A stretch of 64,000 nucleotides of DNA from Nitrospira sp. (lineage in GTDB: Bacteria > Nitrospirota > Nitrospiria > Nitrospirales > Nitrospiraceae): positions 96,001 to 160,000 of the forward strand of contig AP038806.1 of the NCBI GenBank assembly GCA_047150005.1, given 5' to 3'. Made by a program: the position numbers and the translations under genes. Below, piece by piece: positions 9,960 to 20,829 of the stretch. The notes below the pieces were generated by a model. The model ran no database searches. It saw only the letters and a list, made by a program, of their open reading frames with translations, and was not told where the DNA came from. The first letter of the stretch is position 1; each line of letters starts with the position of its first letter.

Positions 9960-10694
9960 GTGACCGAGCGAGCTACCTATACCGTCACCACGTTGCTGGA
10001 CGTGAACGACGTCCAGGATGTCGACGACCGGGCGGAGAGCCGCACCTACATCGTGGCCGACGTGGCGTCGCGGCTGGCGGTCATCATCGATTCGGTGCTC
10101 GAAAACGTCGACCGGGATGTGCTGCTTCTGAAGGAGTTGGACCTGACCCTGGCTTACGCGGTGGAAACCCACATTCACGCCGACCATATCACCGGAGCGT
10201 CGGCCATCAAGGATCGAACCGGCGCGCCGATCGTCTACGGAGGGGCTGCCGAAGGGGTGGTCACGGGAGCGGACCTCTTTCTCCACGACGGCAAGGATCT
10301 TACGTTCGGAGCCACCTCGCTCAGAGCCCTGGCGACCCCCGGACATACCGACAGCTGCACCAGCTATCTCCTGCCCGGCGTGGTGTTCACCGGGGATACG
10401 ATGTTCATTCGGGGGAACGGCCGGACGGATCTCCAGGGCGGCTCTTCCAAGAGACTCTTCGAATCCGTTCACACCAAGCTGTTTACTCTGCCGGACGAGA
10501 CGGTCGTGTATCCGGGGCACGACTATACCGGCCGCGTGGCGTCGACCATCGGGGAAGAAAAACGGTTCAATCTGCGGCTCAACCTCTCCATCGACCTGGC
10601 CACCTTCGTCGACATGATGAGCAAACGCCGGGTGCCCCTGCCGGCAAAAATCGACATCGCCGTGCCCGCCAACATGAAGGCCGGCCGCGTCTGA
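9960..10694 (+). CDS. MBL-fold persulfide dioxygenase (ETHE1-like)
   Basis: ETHIHADH, TPGHT, FTGD, GRTD, YPGHDY, AVPAN. Confidence 0.85.
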   Translation: MTERATYTVTTLLDVNDVQDVDDRAESRTYIVADVASRLAVIIDSVLENVDRDVLLLKELDLTLAYAVETHIHADHITGASAIKDRTGAPIVYGGAAEGVVTGADLFLHDGKDLTFGATSLRALATPGHTDSCTSYLLPGVVFTGDTMFIRGNGRTDLQGGSSKRLFESVHTKLFTLPDETVVYPGHDYTGRVASTIGEEKRFNLRLNLSIDLATFVDMMSKRRVPLPAKIDIAVPANMKAGRV

Positions 10695-10822
10695 TCGGCA
10701 GTCGGCATCTCCGGCTTGACTCAGGTCTTTTCCCCGCCTACCGTACGGTGCCGGGATCGACGGCTCACTTGACCGAGCCTGCCGTCGCAGCGGCCGACCA
10801 ATCACGAAAAAAGGAGACTTGC

Positions 10823-11008
10823 ATGCGATTCGTCAAAGTGAAAAACGAGGAACGGGCCGGAGAGGTGGCGATCAATCTCGATCTCGTGCGCGAGGCCCAT
10901 TACGGCGGCGGCTTGCTGCATATCTATTTCGAGCGCAGCTCCAGTGCGCAGGACGACATGACCTTCACCGGCGAGAATGCCCAGAAGATCTGGGCGGCCA
11001 TGGGCTGA
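10823..11008 (+). CDS. Small hypothetical protein
   Basis: AAGGAG RBS, 61-aa ORF. Confidence 0.6.
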   Translation: MRFVKVKNEERAGEVAINLDLVREAHYGGGLLHIYFERSSSAQDDMTFTGENAQKIWAAMG

Positions 11009-11022
11009 CGGAACGGACACGG

Positions 11023-12165
11023 TCAGTCGAGGGTTTGCTTGAAGCGCGTGACTCCGATGGTCAATGCCACCGCGGCGAACAGGGCGATTTGCCAGAGTTG
11101 TAACAAGACTTCCTCCACCCCGTTGCCTTTGAGCAGGATGCCCCGGACGATCCGCAGAAAATGCGTCAGCGGGAGTACTTCGCCGATCGCCTGCGCCCAG
11201 ACCGGCATGCCGCGGAAGGGAAACATGAATCCCGACAACAGCAGGGACGGCAGAAAGAAAAAGAAGGACATCTGCATGGCCTGCAGCTGATTCTGCGCGA
11301 TCGTGGAGAAGGTGATGCCCACCGCCAGATTGGCGGCGATGAACACCAGGGCCGCGACGAGCAGCAGCACGAGATTGCCTTCCATGGGCACCCCGAACAG
11401 AAAGCGGGCGGCCAGCAGAATCAGCCCGACCTGGACGTAGCCGACGAGAATGTAGGGCGTGATCTTCCCGATCATGACCTCGAACGGCCGCGTAGGCATG
11501 GATAACAGGTTTTCCATCGTGCCGCGCTCGCGTTCCCGCGTGATGGCCAGCCCCGTGATGACGACCATCGTCATGGTCAGCACCACGCCCATAAGGCCCG
11601 GCACGATGTTGTAGTGCGTGACGGCTTCGGGATTGTACTGGGCATGCACGCGCAGCTCGACCGGATCGTCCTGCCGTGCCAGAAACCCGAGCGGTCCCTT
11701 GAAATCGTGCTGGAAGGCCGAGTTCACGAGCATCCGCAGCGAGCCGATCGCGTTGCCGGTGGCGGCGGGATCCGTGGCGTCGGCTTCGATGAGGACGGCG
11801 GGCCGGTCGCCGCGCCACAGATCGCGGGTGAAGTTTTCTGGAATCGAGACCACAAACTGCACCTCGCCGCGCGCGATCGCCGCGCGGGCTTCGGCTTCCG
11901 TCCGTAGCTCCCGGACGAATTCGAAATAGTTGCTGTGGCGAATGGCTTCAAGCAGGCTGCGGCCCTGCGGCCCCCGATCGGCCAACAGCACCGCCGTCGG
12001 GAGGTGCTTGGGATCGGCGTTGATCGCCAGTCCGAAGAGGATCAGCTGGATCAGCGGGATTCCGATCATCATGCCGAACGTCAGCCGGTCGCGACGCATC
12101 TGGACGAACTCCTTCACCACCATGGCCCAGAATCTTACGGGCGAAAACAGGGTGAGCGTCGTCAT
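11023..12165 (-). CDS. ABC-2 type transporter permease
   Basis: KEFVQMRRD, RERERGTME, LSGFMFP. Confidence 0.92.
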   Translation of the reverse strand: MTTLTLFSPVRFWAMVVKEFVQMRRDRLTFGMMIGIPLIQLILFGLAINADPKHLPTAVLLADRGPQGRSLLEAIRHSNYFEFVRELRTEAEARAAIARGEVQFVVSIPENFTRDLWRGDRPAVLIEADATDPAATGNAIGSLRMLVNSAFQHDFKGPLGFLARQDDPVELRVHAQYNPEAVTHYNIVPGLMGVVLTMTMVVITGLAITRERERGTMENLLSMPTRPFEVMIGKITPYILVGYVQVGLILLAARFLFGVPMEGNLVLLLVAALVFIAANLAVGITFSTIAQNQLQAMQMSFFFFLPSLLLSGFMFPFRGMPVWAQAIGEVLPLTHFLRIVRGILLKGNGVEEVLLQLWQIALFAAVALTIGVTRFKQTLD

Positions 12166-13091
12166 GATGAAAAATTGTCCTGGGACCCGCCCATCAGGTG
12201 AATAAAGACGTCTTCCAGCCCCGGCCCGATCCGGCGCCAATCGTAGTCCGTCGTCTTGAACGGCGCGATGGCCTCGGAGAGCGCCGCCTCGTCGTCTCCG
12301 CTCACGTGCAGGCGGTTGCCGAACGCGACCGCTTGTTTGACACCGGGCCGCGCGCGGAGTGTGGTCGCGAGCCGGTGCAGGTCGGGGCCCGCCACGAGCC
12401 ATGTCGTGAGGCCGGCGTGGTCGATCACCTCCTGCACGGTTCCATGGGTGAGCAGCTTGCCGTAGGCGATGTAGGCCAACCGGTGGCACCGTTCCGCCTC
12501 GTCCATATAGTGGGTCGTAATCAAGCAGGTCAGACCGGCGGCGGCGAGGTCGTGGATCTGTTCCCAGAACTCGCGCCGCGCCTTGGGATCCACTCCAGCC
12601 GTTGGCTCGTCCAGGAGGAGAAGCTCCGGCCGGTGGATCAAACAGGCGGCCAGCGCGAGCCGCTGTTTCCACCCTCCCGACAGCTCACCGGCCAGCTGCC
12701 GCTGCCGCTCGAGCAGACCCAGCCGCTCGAGGCTGAGGCGGACGGCGGCCTGCCGATCCGGTACGGCGAACATGCGCGCGACGAAATCTAGGTTCTCCGC
12801 GATGCTCAGGTCTTCGTAGAAACTGAACCGTTGGGTCATGTAGCCGACCTGCCGCTTGATGGCGCGGCTCTCCCGAATCACGTCGTACCCCAGGCAGGTG
12901 CCGCGGCCGCCGTCGGCGCGTAGGAGACCGCACAGCATGCGGATGAACGTGGTCTTCCCGCTGCCGTTGGGACCGAGAAAGCCGCAGATCTCGCCCTTGC
13001 GCACCTGCAACCCGATCCGATCGACCACGGTCCGGTCGCCGAAACGCTTGGTCATGTCCTGCACGTCGATGGCCAGCCCGTCCTGCGTCAT
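12162..13091 (-). CDS. ABC transporter ATP-binding protein
   Basis: GPNGSGKT, LSGGWKQR, LLLLDEPT. Confidence 0.95.
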   Translation of the reverse strand: MTQDGLAIDVQDMTKRFGDRTVVDRIGLQVRKGEICGFLGPNGSGKTTFIRMLCGLLRADGGRGTCLGYDVIRESRAIKRQVGYMTQRFSFYEDLSIAENLDFVARMFAVPDRQAAVRLSLERLGLLERQRQLAGELSGGWKQRLALAACLIHRPELLLLDEPTAGVDPKARREFWEQIHDLAAAGLTCLITTHYMDEAERCHRLAYIAYGKLLTHGTVQEVIDHAGLTTWLVAGPDLHRLATTLRARPGVKQAVAFGNRLHVSGDDEAALSEAIAPFKTTDYDWRRIGPGLEDVFIHLMGGSQDNFSS

Positions 13092-14089
13092 CGAGCGCCT
13101 CCGATCCGGACGTCCACCGGCTGTCCCGGATGCAGCTTCGCCGCGACCGACGGGTCGAACCGCGCCTCGATCATGAAGACGAGCTTGGACCGGCTTTCCC
13201 GGCTGTAGATCACCGGAGGGGTAAATTCCGCCTTCGGCGAAATGTAGTTCACCGTGCCGGCGAACGGCTCTGCGATCCCGTCGACGGACACACGCACGGA
13301 CTGTCCCGGTTGCAGCGTTCCGACCAGATCCTGCGACACGAAGGCCCGCACCTTGACGTTCTGTGGCGGCAGGAGGACGACGACGGGGCGTCCCGCCGCC
13401 ACCCATTCTCCTTCTCGATACAGCGTCTCGAACACCAGGCCGGCCTTGGGAGCCTGCTGCTGCTTCTGCGCCAGTTCCCAGGCGGCCTTCGTCAGGGCCG
13501 CTTCGCGTGCGCGCACTTCGGCTTCCGCCGCCGCGACCTGGTCGGTGCGGGAGCCGGCCTGCGCCGTGTCCAGTTCCGCTTCGAGTTCGGACACGCGATG
13601 GCGGTCCTGATCCCGCGTCGCTCGCGCCCGGTCGAGTTCGAGTTCCGACGTGGCGCCGGGCACCCGGCTCAAGGCGGCCTGCCTGGTAAATTCCCGCTCC
13701 GACAACCGGACTGCGATGCGGGCCTGCCTGAGTTGCGCCTTGATGACTTCGATTTCCGAGGGACGCTTCCCCTTCTTCGCATCCTCCAAGGTCGCCCTGG
13801 CTTGCGACAGTCGCCGTTCCGCTTCCTCCCGGGCCGCCTGCTCCGGCTCCCCGTTGAGACGGAAGAGGACGTCGCCCTCCTTCACCTGCTGCCCGCGCTG
13901 CACCATCAGCGATTCCAGCGCTCCGGCATAGGGTGAAGCCACATAGACGAATTCGCCCTCGACATACCCCTGCACCAGCGTCCGATCGGGCTGCGTGCAC
14001 CCATGCAGCCCCGTCCACAACCCGATCAGCGCGACGAGCGCGCAGACGGCTCGGACGCCGGTTACGGCGGCGGACCGCTCGACCCTCAT
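13088..14089 (-). CDS. HlyD family membrane fusion protein
   Basis: GYVEGE, lipoyl-like half motifs, coiled coil, EFTPP. Confidence 0.9.
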   Translation of the reverse strand: MRVERSAAVTGVRAVCALVALIGLWTGLHGCTQPDRTLVQGYVEGEFVYVASPYAGALESLMVQRGQQVKEGDVLFRLNGEPEQAAREEAERRLSQARATLEDAKKGKRPSEIEVIKAQLRQARIAVRLSEREFTRQAALSRVPGATSELELDRARATRDQDRHRVSELEAELDTAQAGSRTDQVAAAEAEVRAREAALTKAAWELAQKQQQAPKAGLVFETLYREGEWVAAGRPVVVLLPPQNVKVRAFVSQDLVGTLQPGQSVRVSVDGIAEPFAGTVNYISPKAEFTPPVIYSRESRSKLVFMIEARFDPSVAAKLHPGQPVDVRIGGAR

Positions 14090-14712
14090 GACGTCCTCCG
14101 TGCCGTCCCGGCGATCAGTCCCTCGAAGATCACCGACATGATCGCGCCGTATCCCTGTTCAGGCGTCAGGCCCAGTTCGATCAGCTTGGGGGGATTCATG
14201 ACGGCGCGAACGGCCCCGAGCAGAATTTCCATAGCCACCTGCGTCGGAATATCCCGCCGGATGACTCGGGCTCTCCGTCCCCGGCCGAGCAGTTTGCCGA
14301 AGTACCGCCGGATGAGCCCGCGACGCTTCCGCTCGACCACCTCGAATAAGTGAGGAGCGTCCCGTTGGATATCACGCACGAACGGCGCCTGGATCTCCTG
14401 GGTATGGGTCTGCACCGCGGCGACCAGACGGCGCAACGCGACGAGCACGTCGCCTCGGCTGGCGGCCGTAATCCGGCGCAGATCGGCTTCCACGCACCGC
14501 AACTTTTCCAGAATCACCGCCTCGACGAGCGCCGTCTTACTGGGGAACAGGCCGTACAGGGTCTTCTTGCTCATCCCCAGTTCATCCGCCAATTCGTCCA
14601 TCGTGACGCGGCGGAACCCCTGGCTTAGAAAATGACGGCGGGCGGTCGCCACGACTCGCTGCGTCACGGCGGTCTCGGACGGCGGATGCGTGCGCGGCTT
14701 GGGGGTCGGCAT
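14086..14712 (-). CDS. TetR family regulator
   Basis: TMDELADELGMSKKTLY HTH. Confidence 0.92.
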   Translation of the reverse strand: MPTPKPRTHPPSETAVTQRVVATARRHFLSQGFRRVTMDELADELGMSKKTLYGLFPSKTALVEAVILEKLRCVEADLRRITAASRGDVLVALRRLVAAVQTHTQEIQAPFVRDIQRDAPHLFEVVERKRRGLIRRYFGKLLGRGRRARVIRRDIPTQVAMEILLGAVRAVMNPPKLIELGLTPEQGYGAIMSVIFEGLIAGTARRTS

Positions 14713-14728
14713 TGCGGCACCGATACTA

Positions 14729-14758
14729 AGGAAACTAGAATAGTATTATCAGTTTCCT
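14729..14758. promoter_or_regulatory. Probable TetR operator overlapping the promoter
   Basis: Inverted repeat AGGAAACT-N14-AGTTTCCT just upstream of the tetR start. Confidence 0.6.
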
Positions 14759-14840
14759 CAAACCGAACGCAAGGCACCGCACAGGCTGCGGCGCGTCCGC
14801 GATTCGTGTTATAGAATGCCACACCTTGTGGAGGACACTG

Positions 14841-16334
14841 ATGGGCACTCACCGGTCCGATCTTCGCGGCATCGCCAGACGCGCCATGATCGAGCGGGAT
14901 TTCTACCCCGACTTCTCTTCCGCAGCCCTAGGAGAATTGTCGCGGATTTCCGCTCCGGCGGATCGCAATGGAGATCCGGGGGTACGCGATCTGACCCACT
15001 GGCAATGGGTCTCGATCGACAACGATGACTCACGGGACCTCGATCAGCTCACCGTCGCCGAGCCCGCATCCGACGGCGTCGTGGCGATCCGTGTGGCGAT
15101 CGCGGACGTGGACGTCCTGGTCGCGAAGGATTCGAGCCTGGACGCCCATGCCCTGCACAACACGACATCGGTCTACACGTCGGGGGGCGTCTTCCCCATG
15201 CTGCCCGACAAGCTCTCGACCGATCTCACCTCACTGAATGAGCATCAGGACCGACTCGCGATCATCGTGGATATGCACGTGGGGGACGACGGCGAGGTGC
15301 TGGGCTCCCGGGTCTACCGCGGCATGGTCCGCAACCAGGCGAAGCTCGCCTACGGCGCCGTCGGCACCTGGCTGGACGGCTCGGCGTCGATACCCGACGC
15401 GGTCAAAGCGGTGGAAGGCCTGGACGCTCAGCTGCGCCTGCAAGACCGGGTCGCGCGCCGGCTCAAGGCCAGGCGCCATCAGGAGGGCGCGCTCAGTCTT
15501 GAAACGCTCGAGCCGAAGGCCGTCTTCGACGGCGAGCGGCTCGCCAACGTCCTGGTGGAGCGAAAGAATCGGGCCAGGGACCTGATCGAAGATTTCATGA
15601 TCGCGGCCAACCAGGCGACCGTGTCCTTTCTCAAAGCCGAAGGCATGCCGTCGTTCCGCCGCGTGCTTCGCTCGCCGGAACGCTGGCAGCGTATCGTGGA
15701 GGTCGCGGGCCGCTGGAATGAGCCGCTGCCCGCCGAGCCGGATGCACGTGCGTTGGAGTCCTTCCTGGTCAAGCGCCGGGAAGCCGATCCCCTGAGGTTT
15801 CCCGATCTCTCTCTCGCGATCGTCAAGCTCATCGGCCGCGGGGAATATGTGCTCGACCGTTGGCAGAGCGGCGCATCCGAACACTTCGGTCTTGCGGTGA
15901 AGGACTATACCCACTCCACCGCGCCCAACCGCCGCTTTCCCGACCTCATCACCCAACGGCTCATCAAGGCGGCCCTGGCGCAGGCGTCCGTTCCCTATCG
16001 TCCCGATGAACTGCAATTTCTGGCGGATCACTGCACCAGGAAAGAAGACGACGCGGAAAAGGTCGAGCGGCAGCTCCGAAAATCGGCCGCGGCGCTGTTG
16101 CTCGAATCGCAGATCGGCCGGCGCTTCGACGCCATCGTGACCGGCGCCTCGAGCAAAGGCACGTGGGTGCGCCTCCTCGATCCGCCGGTGGAAGGGAAAC
16201 TGGTGTCGCGAGTCGGAGGGCTCGACGTGGGAGACACGCTCACCGTGGAACTGCTGCACACGGATGTCGAGCGGGGCTTCATCGACTTCGCTCGTGTCGG
16301 CCATGTTCAGGATCGCAACCAGTCGGTAGATTGA
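14841..16334 (+). CDS. RNB-domain ribonuclease (RNase II/R family)
   Basis: SIDNDDSRDLDQ, VAIADV, LIEDFMIAAN, HFGL, YTHSTAPNRR. Confidence 0.88.
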   Translation: MGTHRSDLRGIARRAMIERDFYPDFSSAALGELSRISAPADRNGDPGVRDLTHWQWVSIDNDDSRDLDQLTVAEPASDGVVAIRVAIADVDVLVAKDSSLDAHALHNTTSVYTSGGVFPMLPDKLSTDLTSLNEHQDRLAIIVDMHVGDDGEVLGSRVYRGMVRNQAKLAYGAVGTWLDGSASIPDAVKAVEGLDAQLRLQDRVARRLKARRHQEGALSLETLEPKAVFDGERLANVLVERKNRARDLIEDFMIAANQATVSFLKAEGMPSFRRVLRSPERWQRIVEVAGRWNEPLPAEPDARALESFLVKRREADPLRFPDLSLAIVKLIGRGEYVLDRWQSGASEHFGLAVKDYTHSTAPNRRFPDLITQRLIKAALAQASVPYRPDELQFLADHCTRKEDDAEKVERQLRKSAAALLLESQIGRRFDAIVTGASSKGTWVRLLDPPVEGKLVSRVGGLDVGDTLTVELLHTDVERGFIDFARVGHVQDRNQSVD

Positions 16335-16567
16335 CCGCCCCAACATCCCCGCACGCCGCCTCCCGGAGAGCCATTCGCACTCGGCACAGGACCGCGCCGC
16401 TGCGTTTCGCTGCCATGCTTCATGGAGCGGAAGGCTCCGTCCATCGATCTCTCAGCTTGAACTTCCCGCGTCAAGCTGAGTAGGATTGCCTTTTACGGTT
16501 TTGACCCGTTCGCCTGAACAGGATCACTCGCGATCGTGATCGGTGAAGAATTTGGTGAGATTGCCCC

Positions 16568-17161
16568 ATGCCCAGACCATTCTATTCTTCATATCTGCTG
16601 TGGCTGCTCTGCTGTCTGCTGACCTCCTGCGTCACTGAGGACTCACCGACCGATCGCTCCAGGTCCATGCTGCCCTATGAAGAGTCCGCAGTCTCGATCT
16701 CCGACCTTCGCAAGGCGGCGGAACAGGGCAACCCCGAGGCCCAGAATCGGTTGGGGATGCTGTACAGCGAAGGCCGCGGCGTGCCTCAGGACTACATTCG
16801 GGCGAAGCAATGGTTCGACAAGGCAGCGGAGCAAGGTCATCCAGGCGCACAGGTCAACCTCGGCACCCTGTACTTCCACGGCAACGGGGCGCCTGAAAGC
16901 GAACAGATGGCCCTCTCCTGGTTCCGCCGGGCGGCGGCGCAAGGGGATGCGCTGGCCTTCGCCAAGCTCGGCCTGATGTACGAGCAAGGCCGCGGCGTAC
17001 CCCAAGACTTCATCCAGGCGCATATGTGGTACAACCTGTCGGCGGCGCACGGTGAGAAGCGGGCGCTCGAGCGTCGTGACGCGCTCACCAAGCAGATGAC
17101 GCCCGCCCAAATCGCCGAAGCACAGCGGCTGGCTCGGGAGTGGACGCCGAAGCAGAAGTAG
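16568..17161 (+). CDS. Sel1-like repeat lipoprotein
   Basis: LTSC lipobox; repeated AAEQG..AQ..LG..Y..G.GV units. Confidence 0.88.
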   Translation: MPRPFYSSYLLWLLCCLLTSCVTEDSPTDRSRSMLPYEESAVSISDLRKAAEQGNPEAQNRLGMLYSEGRGVPQDYIRAKQWFDKAAEQGHPGAQVNLGTLYFHGNGAPESEQMALSWFRRAAAQGDALAFAKLGLMYEQGRGVPQDFIQAHMWYNLSAAHGEKRALERRDALTKQMTPAQIAEAQRLAREWTPKQK

Positions 17162-17302
17162 TCGCGGCTCCGGCAGTATCGCCGGATCTCGGCGTAAAGC
17201 CAAGACGGCGCCGCCCCTTTCTTGACAGGGGTTTCACGCGGCTCGTATTCTGCCATTGCTGGGTCTTGTTCGCCGCCTCTTCGGCCAAGGTGGGGATGCC
17301 CG

Positions 17303-18637
17303 ATGAAGATGTTGAGTCATCGGTCCAGGCTGCCGCCGCTTCTCCCGATTCTCGCTCTGCCGGTCTATCTCGCCGTGCCCTCCGGCGAGGCGACAGCCGC
17401 GCCGCCTGAGCCCTCCGTGCTGGTGGCAACCTACGACGGCGTCATCAACCCGGTCGCAGCCGAATACGTGCATGATGCCCTCACGTCGGCCCTGGAGACC
17501 GGAGCACGGGTCTTGATCATTCGTCTCAACACGCCGGGTGGTCTCGACACGTCGATGCGCCTCGTCATCAAGGACATTACCGGGGCCGCGATCCCCGTCG
17601 TCGTGTATGTCGCGCCGTCCAGCGCCAGGGCCGCGTCGGCCGGGGTCTTTATCGCGATGGCCGCGCACGTGGCGGCCATGGCTCCCGGCACCAACATCGG
17701 AGCTGCTCATCCCGTGGCGGTCGGAGGAGGCGATCTGGACGACGCGATGAAGGCCAAGATCGAAAACGACTCGGTGGCCTACATCAGATCGCTCGCCGAG
17801 CAGCGCAAGCGCAACGCCGCTTGGGCGGAAGACGCTGTCCGGAAGAGCCTGTCTGTCACGGAGCGCGAGGCCTTAAAGCTGAAGGTCATCGATCTGATCG
17901 CCGACGACCTGCCCTCCCTGCTCAAGCAACTCGACGGCCGCGCCCTCCAGCTCCAGGCCGGCCGGACCGTGGTGCGCACCGCCGGAGCCGAGATGCGCGA
18001 ATTTCCGATGGGGCTGCGCCTCGAGTTTCTGAAAGCCCTCAGCGATCCCAACATCGCCTACCTGCTCATGACCATCGGCACGGTCGGACTCATGGCCGAA
18101 CTCTACAATCCCGGAGCGATTCTCCCCGGCATCGTCGGCGCGATCAGCCTCGTCATGGCTTTTTACGCCATGCAGTCGCTGCCGGTAAACTATGCGGGTG
18201 TTCTCCTGTTCCTACTGGGGATCGTCTTCTTTATCCTGGAAGCCACCGTCACCAGTTACGGCTTGCTCGCGATCGGCGGCGTCATCTCTCTCCTGCTGGG
18301 GTCGGTGATGCTGATCAAGACCGACGCGGAGTTTCTGCAGATCTCCTGGTCGGTCATTCTTCCGGTCGTCACGCTGGTGGCCATCTTTTCGCTCCTGATC
18401 GTCAGCATGGGCGTCCGGGCCATGCGCCGGCCTCACGTCACCGGCCCGGAAGGAATGGTCGGCCTCGTCGCCGTCGCCAGGACGGCGCTGGCTCCGCACG
18501 GACATGTGGCGGTACAGGGCGAACTCTGGGACGCGGTCAGCGAGCAACCGCTTCAACCCGGCGAAGAAGCCGAAATCACCGGCGTTGAAGGCTTGCGCCT
18601 TCGCGTCAAACCCTTCTCCATGAGAAAAGAGGCGTAA
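17303..18637 (+). CDS. NfeD family membrane-bound serine protease
   Basis: NTPGG, AASAG, IGAAHP, C-terminal OB fold (GELWDA). Confidence 0.9.
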   Translation: MKMLSHRSRLPPLLPILALPVYLAVPSGEATAAPPEPSVLVATYDGVINPVAAEYVHDALTSALETGARVLIIRLNTPGGLDTSMRLVIKDITGAAIPVVVYVAPSSARAASAGVFIAMAAHVAAMAPGTNIGAAHPVAVGGGDLDDAMKAKIENDSVAYIRSLAEQRKRNAAWAEDAVRKSLSVTEREALKLKVIDLIADDLPSLLKQLDGRALQLQAGRTVVRTAGAEMREFPMGLRLEFLKALSDPNIAYLLMTIGTVGLMAELYNPGAILPGIVGAISLVMAFYAMQSLPVNYAGVLLFLLGIVFFILEATVTSYGLLAIGGVISLLLGSVMLIKTDAEFLQISWSVILPVVTLVAIFSLLIVSMGVRAMRRPHVTGPEGMVGLVAVARTALAPHGHVAVQGELWDAVSEQPLQPGEEAEITGVEGLRLRVKPFSMRKEA

Positions 18638-18641
18638 CCCC

Positions 18642-19415
18642 ATGCCGTTCAGTCCATTTGCGATCCTGGTCCTGGGCGCCGTGCTCGTCCTGATGGGATT
18701 CAACGTCCTCCGGGAATACGAACGAGCCGTCATTTTCCGATGGGGGCGTCTCGCCCGGGGCCTGGTCGGCGGAAACGGCCCCGGAGTCGTCATCATTCTC
18801 CCGTTCATCGACAAGCTGGTTCGCGTCAGCCTGCGGACCGTGGCCATGGATGTCCCGCCCCAGGACGTGATCACACGCGACAACGTGACCGTGAAGGTCA
18901 ATGCCGTCATTTACTTCCGGGTGGTGGATCAGGAGCGGGCCATCATCCAGGTCGAAGACTATCTCCACGCTACGTCCATGATGTCTCAGACGACGCTCCG
19001 GAGCGTTCTGGGACAGAGCCAACTCGACGACCTGCTGGCGAAGCGCGAGCAGATCAACGCCGATCTCCAGCGCATCATCGATCAACAGACCGAGCCCTGG
19101 GGCGTGAAAGTCACGGCCGTGGAGGTCAAGAATGTGGACCTGCCGCAGGAAATGCAACGGGCGATCGCCCGCCAAGCGGAGGCCGAGCGCGAACGGCGCG
19201 CGAAAATCATCCACGCCGAAGGGGAATTTGAAGCTTCACGGCGGCTGGCCGATGCCGCCGACGTGATCAGCAGAAATCCCGCGGCGCTGCAGCTCCGGTA
19301 CCTTCAGACGCTCGTCGAAGTCGCGGCCGAAAAGAACTCGACGACGATCTTTCCGATTCCGATCGACACCATCGCACCATTCCTCAAACCGCCGGGTAAG
19401 CAGCCGGAGCCATAG
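18642..19415 (+). CDS. SPFH/stomatin-like (slipin) protein
   Basis: [26 protein letters not shown]; follows NfeD. Confidence 0.92.
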   Translation: MPFSPFAILVLGAVLVLMGFNVLREYERAVIFRWGRLARGLVGGNGPGVVIILPFIDKLVRVSLRTVAMDVPPQDVITRDNVTVKVNAVIYFRVVDQERAIIQVEDYLHATSMMSQTTLRSVLGQSQLDDLLAKREQINADLQRIIDQQTEPWGVKVTAVEVKNVDLPQEMQRAIARQAEAERERRAKIIHAEGEFEASRRLADAADVISRNPAALQLRYLQTLVEVAAEKNSTTIFPIPIDTIAPFLKPPGKQPEP

Positions 19416-19471
19416 CCCCCGCCGGCGCACCGGAGATTCGCCCGGAGGGAACCCGGTCTTGACGGCCGCGA

Positions 19472-20647
19472 TCACCCGCCGACGATCTCTTGATAGTACG
19501 TCTCCAACATCGCGCCGCGCGCCGGTTCGACGATCACCAACTGGCGCCGGTCGAATGTGTTGGCGCAATACAGATACCGACCCGCATCGCACCGTCCATA
19601 CTCCGCATGCAGTTGCCGTCCGTCGGCTTCGGACAAGGTCCGTTCCTTGACGATGACGCGGCCGCTCAGCCCCTGCCAGGCCGATTGGGCGGACGGATAG
19701 TGGTTTTCGTAAAGCGGCGTCTCACCGCCGGTCGCCGGCGGTGAGACGGCCGGGTCGAACGGCGCTCCTTCATCCGGCTCGGGCGCCTCGTCCCACTCGA
19801 CCGCGCCGTCCCCGTCCTTCTGCAATGTGTAGAATGGCCCGTCCTCGGCAATCTCCTCCACGAGGCTGTACCGGATGGGCCGAGGAGGCTCAGTCTGGAC
19901 CAAACCTCGCGCCGCCAAGGCTCGCTGAAACGGCACGCGACGGGACAACTGGCGGGTCTTCTCGAACACCACCATGCGACCCTGCGCCGCCAGGAGCGAG
20001 CAGAGCGTGTCGAGTCGAGGGCCCACACCGGTACGCTCTTCGAACCGCCGCTGACCGCCCGTGTCTCGATTCCGCTCGAACGTCCGCCAATCGCGGCTCG
20101 GCAGGCCGGGATCCTCTTCCGCCTGCAACAGCGCATGAGTCGCCACGACGAGATCGACCGTCATGGACGTTCGGCGATCCACGATGTCCAGACACTCAAA
20201 CCGAACATTCCGCAGGCCGAGCGCGACCGTCTGCTCTTCGGCCCGACGCAGCGACTCGGGTGATCGGTCGACCCCAAGAAAGGACACGTGGGGAAATTGC
20301 CTTGCGTAAAACGTCGTCAGCACACCGGTCCCGCAACCGAAGTCGAGCACCGACGTCGCCCGGCCGATGCGCTCCGCGGTCAACGCCCCGACCGCCAGAT
20401 AATACTCGTATCGCTGGCTATAGAGCACCGGGAGTATGCGCGGATCGGCCGTGGCGTCGTAAAAGGCGATGTCGTCGGCGGAGGTTCCCCGTCGCTTGTG
20501 TTCAATGTGGCGATGAAGGAGAGACAGATCTTCGGCCGTGAGGGATCGGCGCTGCCACCGGAAATAGGCGTCGTCTGAGTCGAATCGCCGGAGCTTCCAG
20601 AATTCCAAATGCGCGTTAAGCGCTCGTTGCAGCGAGTCACTGATCAT
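19472..20647 (-). CDS. Class I SAM-dependent methyltransferase domain protein
   Basis: VLDFGCGTG, GVDRS. Confidence 0.75.
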   Translation of the reverse strand: MISDSLQRALNAHLEFWKLRRFDSDDAYFRWQRRSLTAEDLSLLHRHIEHKRRGTSADDIAFYDATADPRILPVLYSQRYEYYLAVGALTAERIGRATSVLDFGCGTGVLTTFYARQFPHVSFLGVDRSPESLRRAEEQTVALGLRNVRFECLDIVDRRTSMTVDLVVATHALLQAEEDPGLPSRDWRTFERNRDTGGQRRFEERTGVGPRLDTLCSLLAAQGRMVVFEKTRQLSRRVPFQRALAARGLVQTEPPRPIRYSLVEEIAEDGPFYTLQKDGDGAVEWDEAPEPDEGAPFDPAVSPPATGGETPLYENHYPSAQSAWQGLSGRVIVKERTLSEADGRQLHAEYGRCDAGRYLYCANTFDRRQLVIVEPARGAMLETYYQEIVGG

Positions 20648-20656
20648 CGATCCTCA

Positions 20657-20829
20657 AAGCGCCTGCTCAGAACGTCACCATTCTCACCCACCCACCCTGG
20701 CGCGCCGAGACGCGCCATTCCTCGAGCAAGGCCGCAAGGAGCAAGGACCACGAGGCGTACGCGGTGAGGGTACGTTGAGTGGTTCGAGCGACTGAGAACG
20801 CAGCCGGAGAGCGTTGTCAGCAGGTGTTT
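20657..20829. repeat. MITE/REP-like intergenic element with terminal inverted repeats
   Basis: CCTGCTCAGAACG (20662-74) pairs imperfectly with CGTTGTCAGCAGG (20812-24); non-coding interior. Confidence 0.6.

Noticed and set aside
15008..15050. RNB nuclease inactivated (DLDQ instead of DLDD)
   Set aside because: The other acidic residues and motifs are intact; one substitution is not enough to call it inactive without an alignment.
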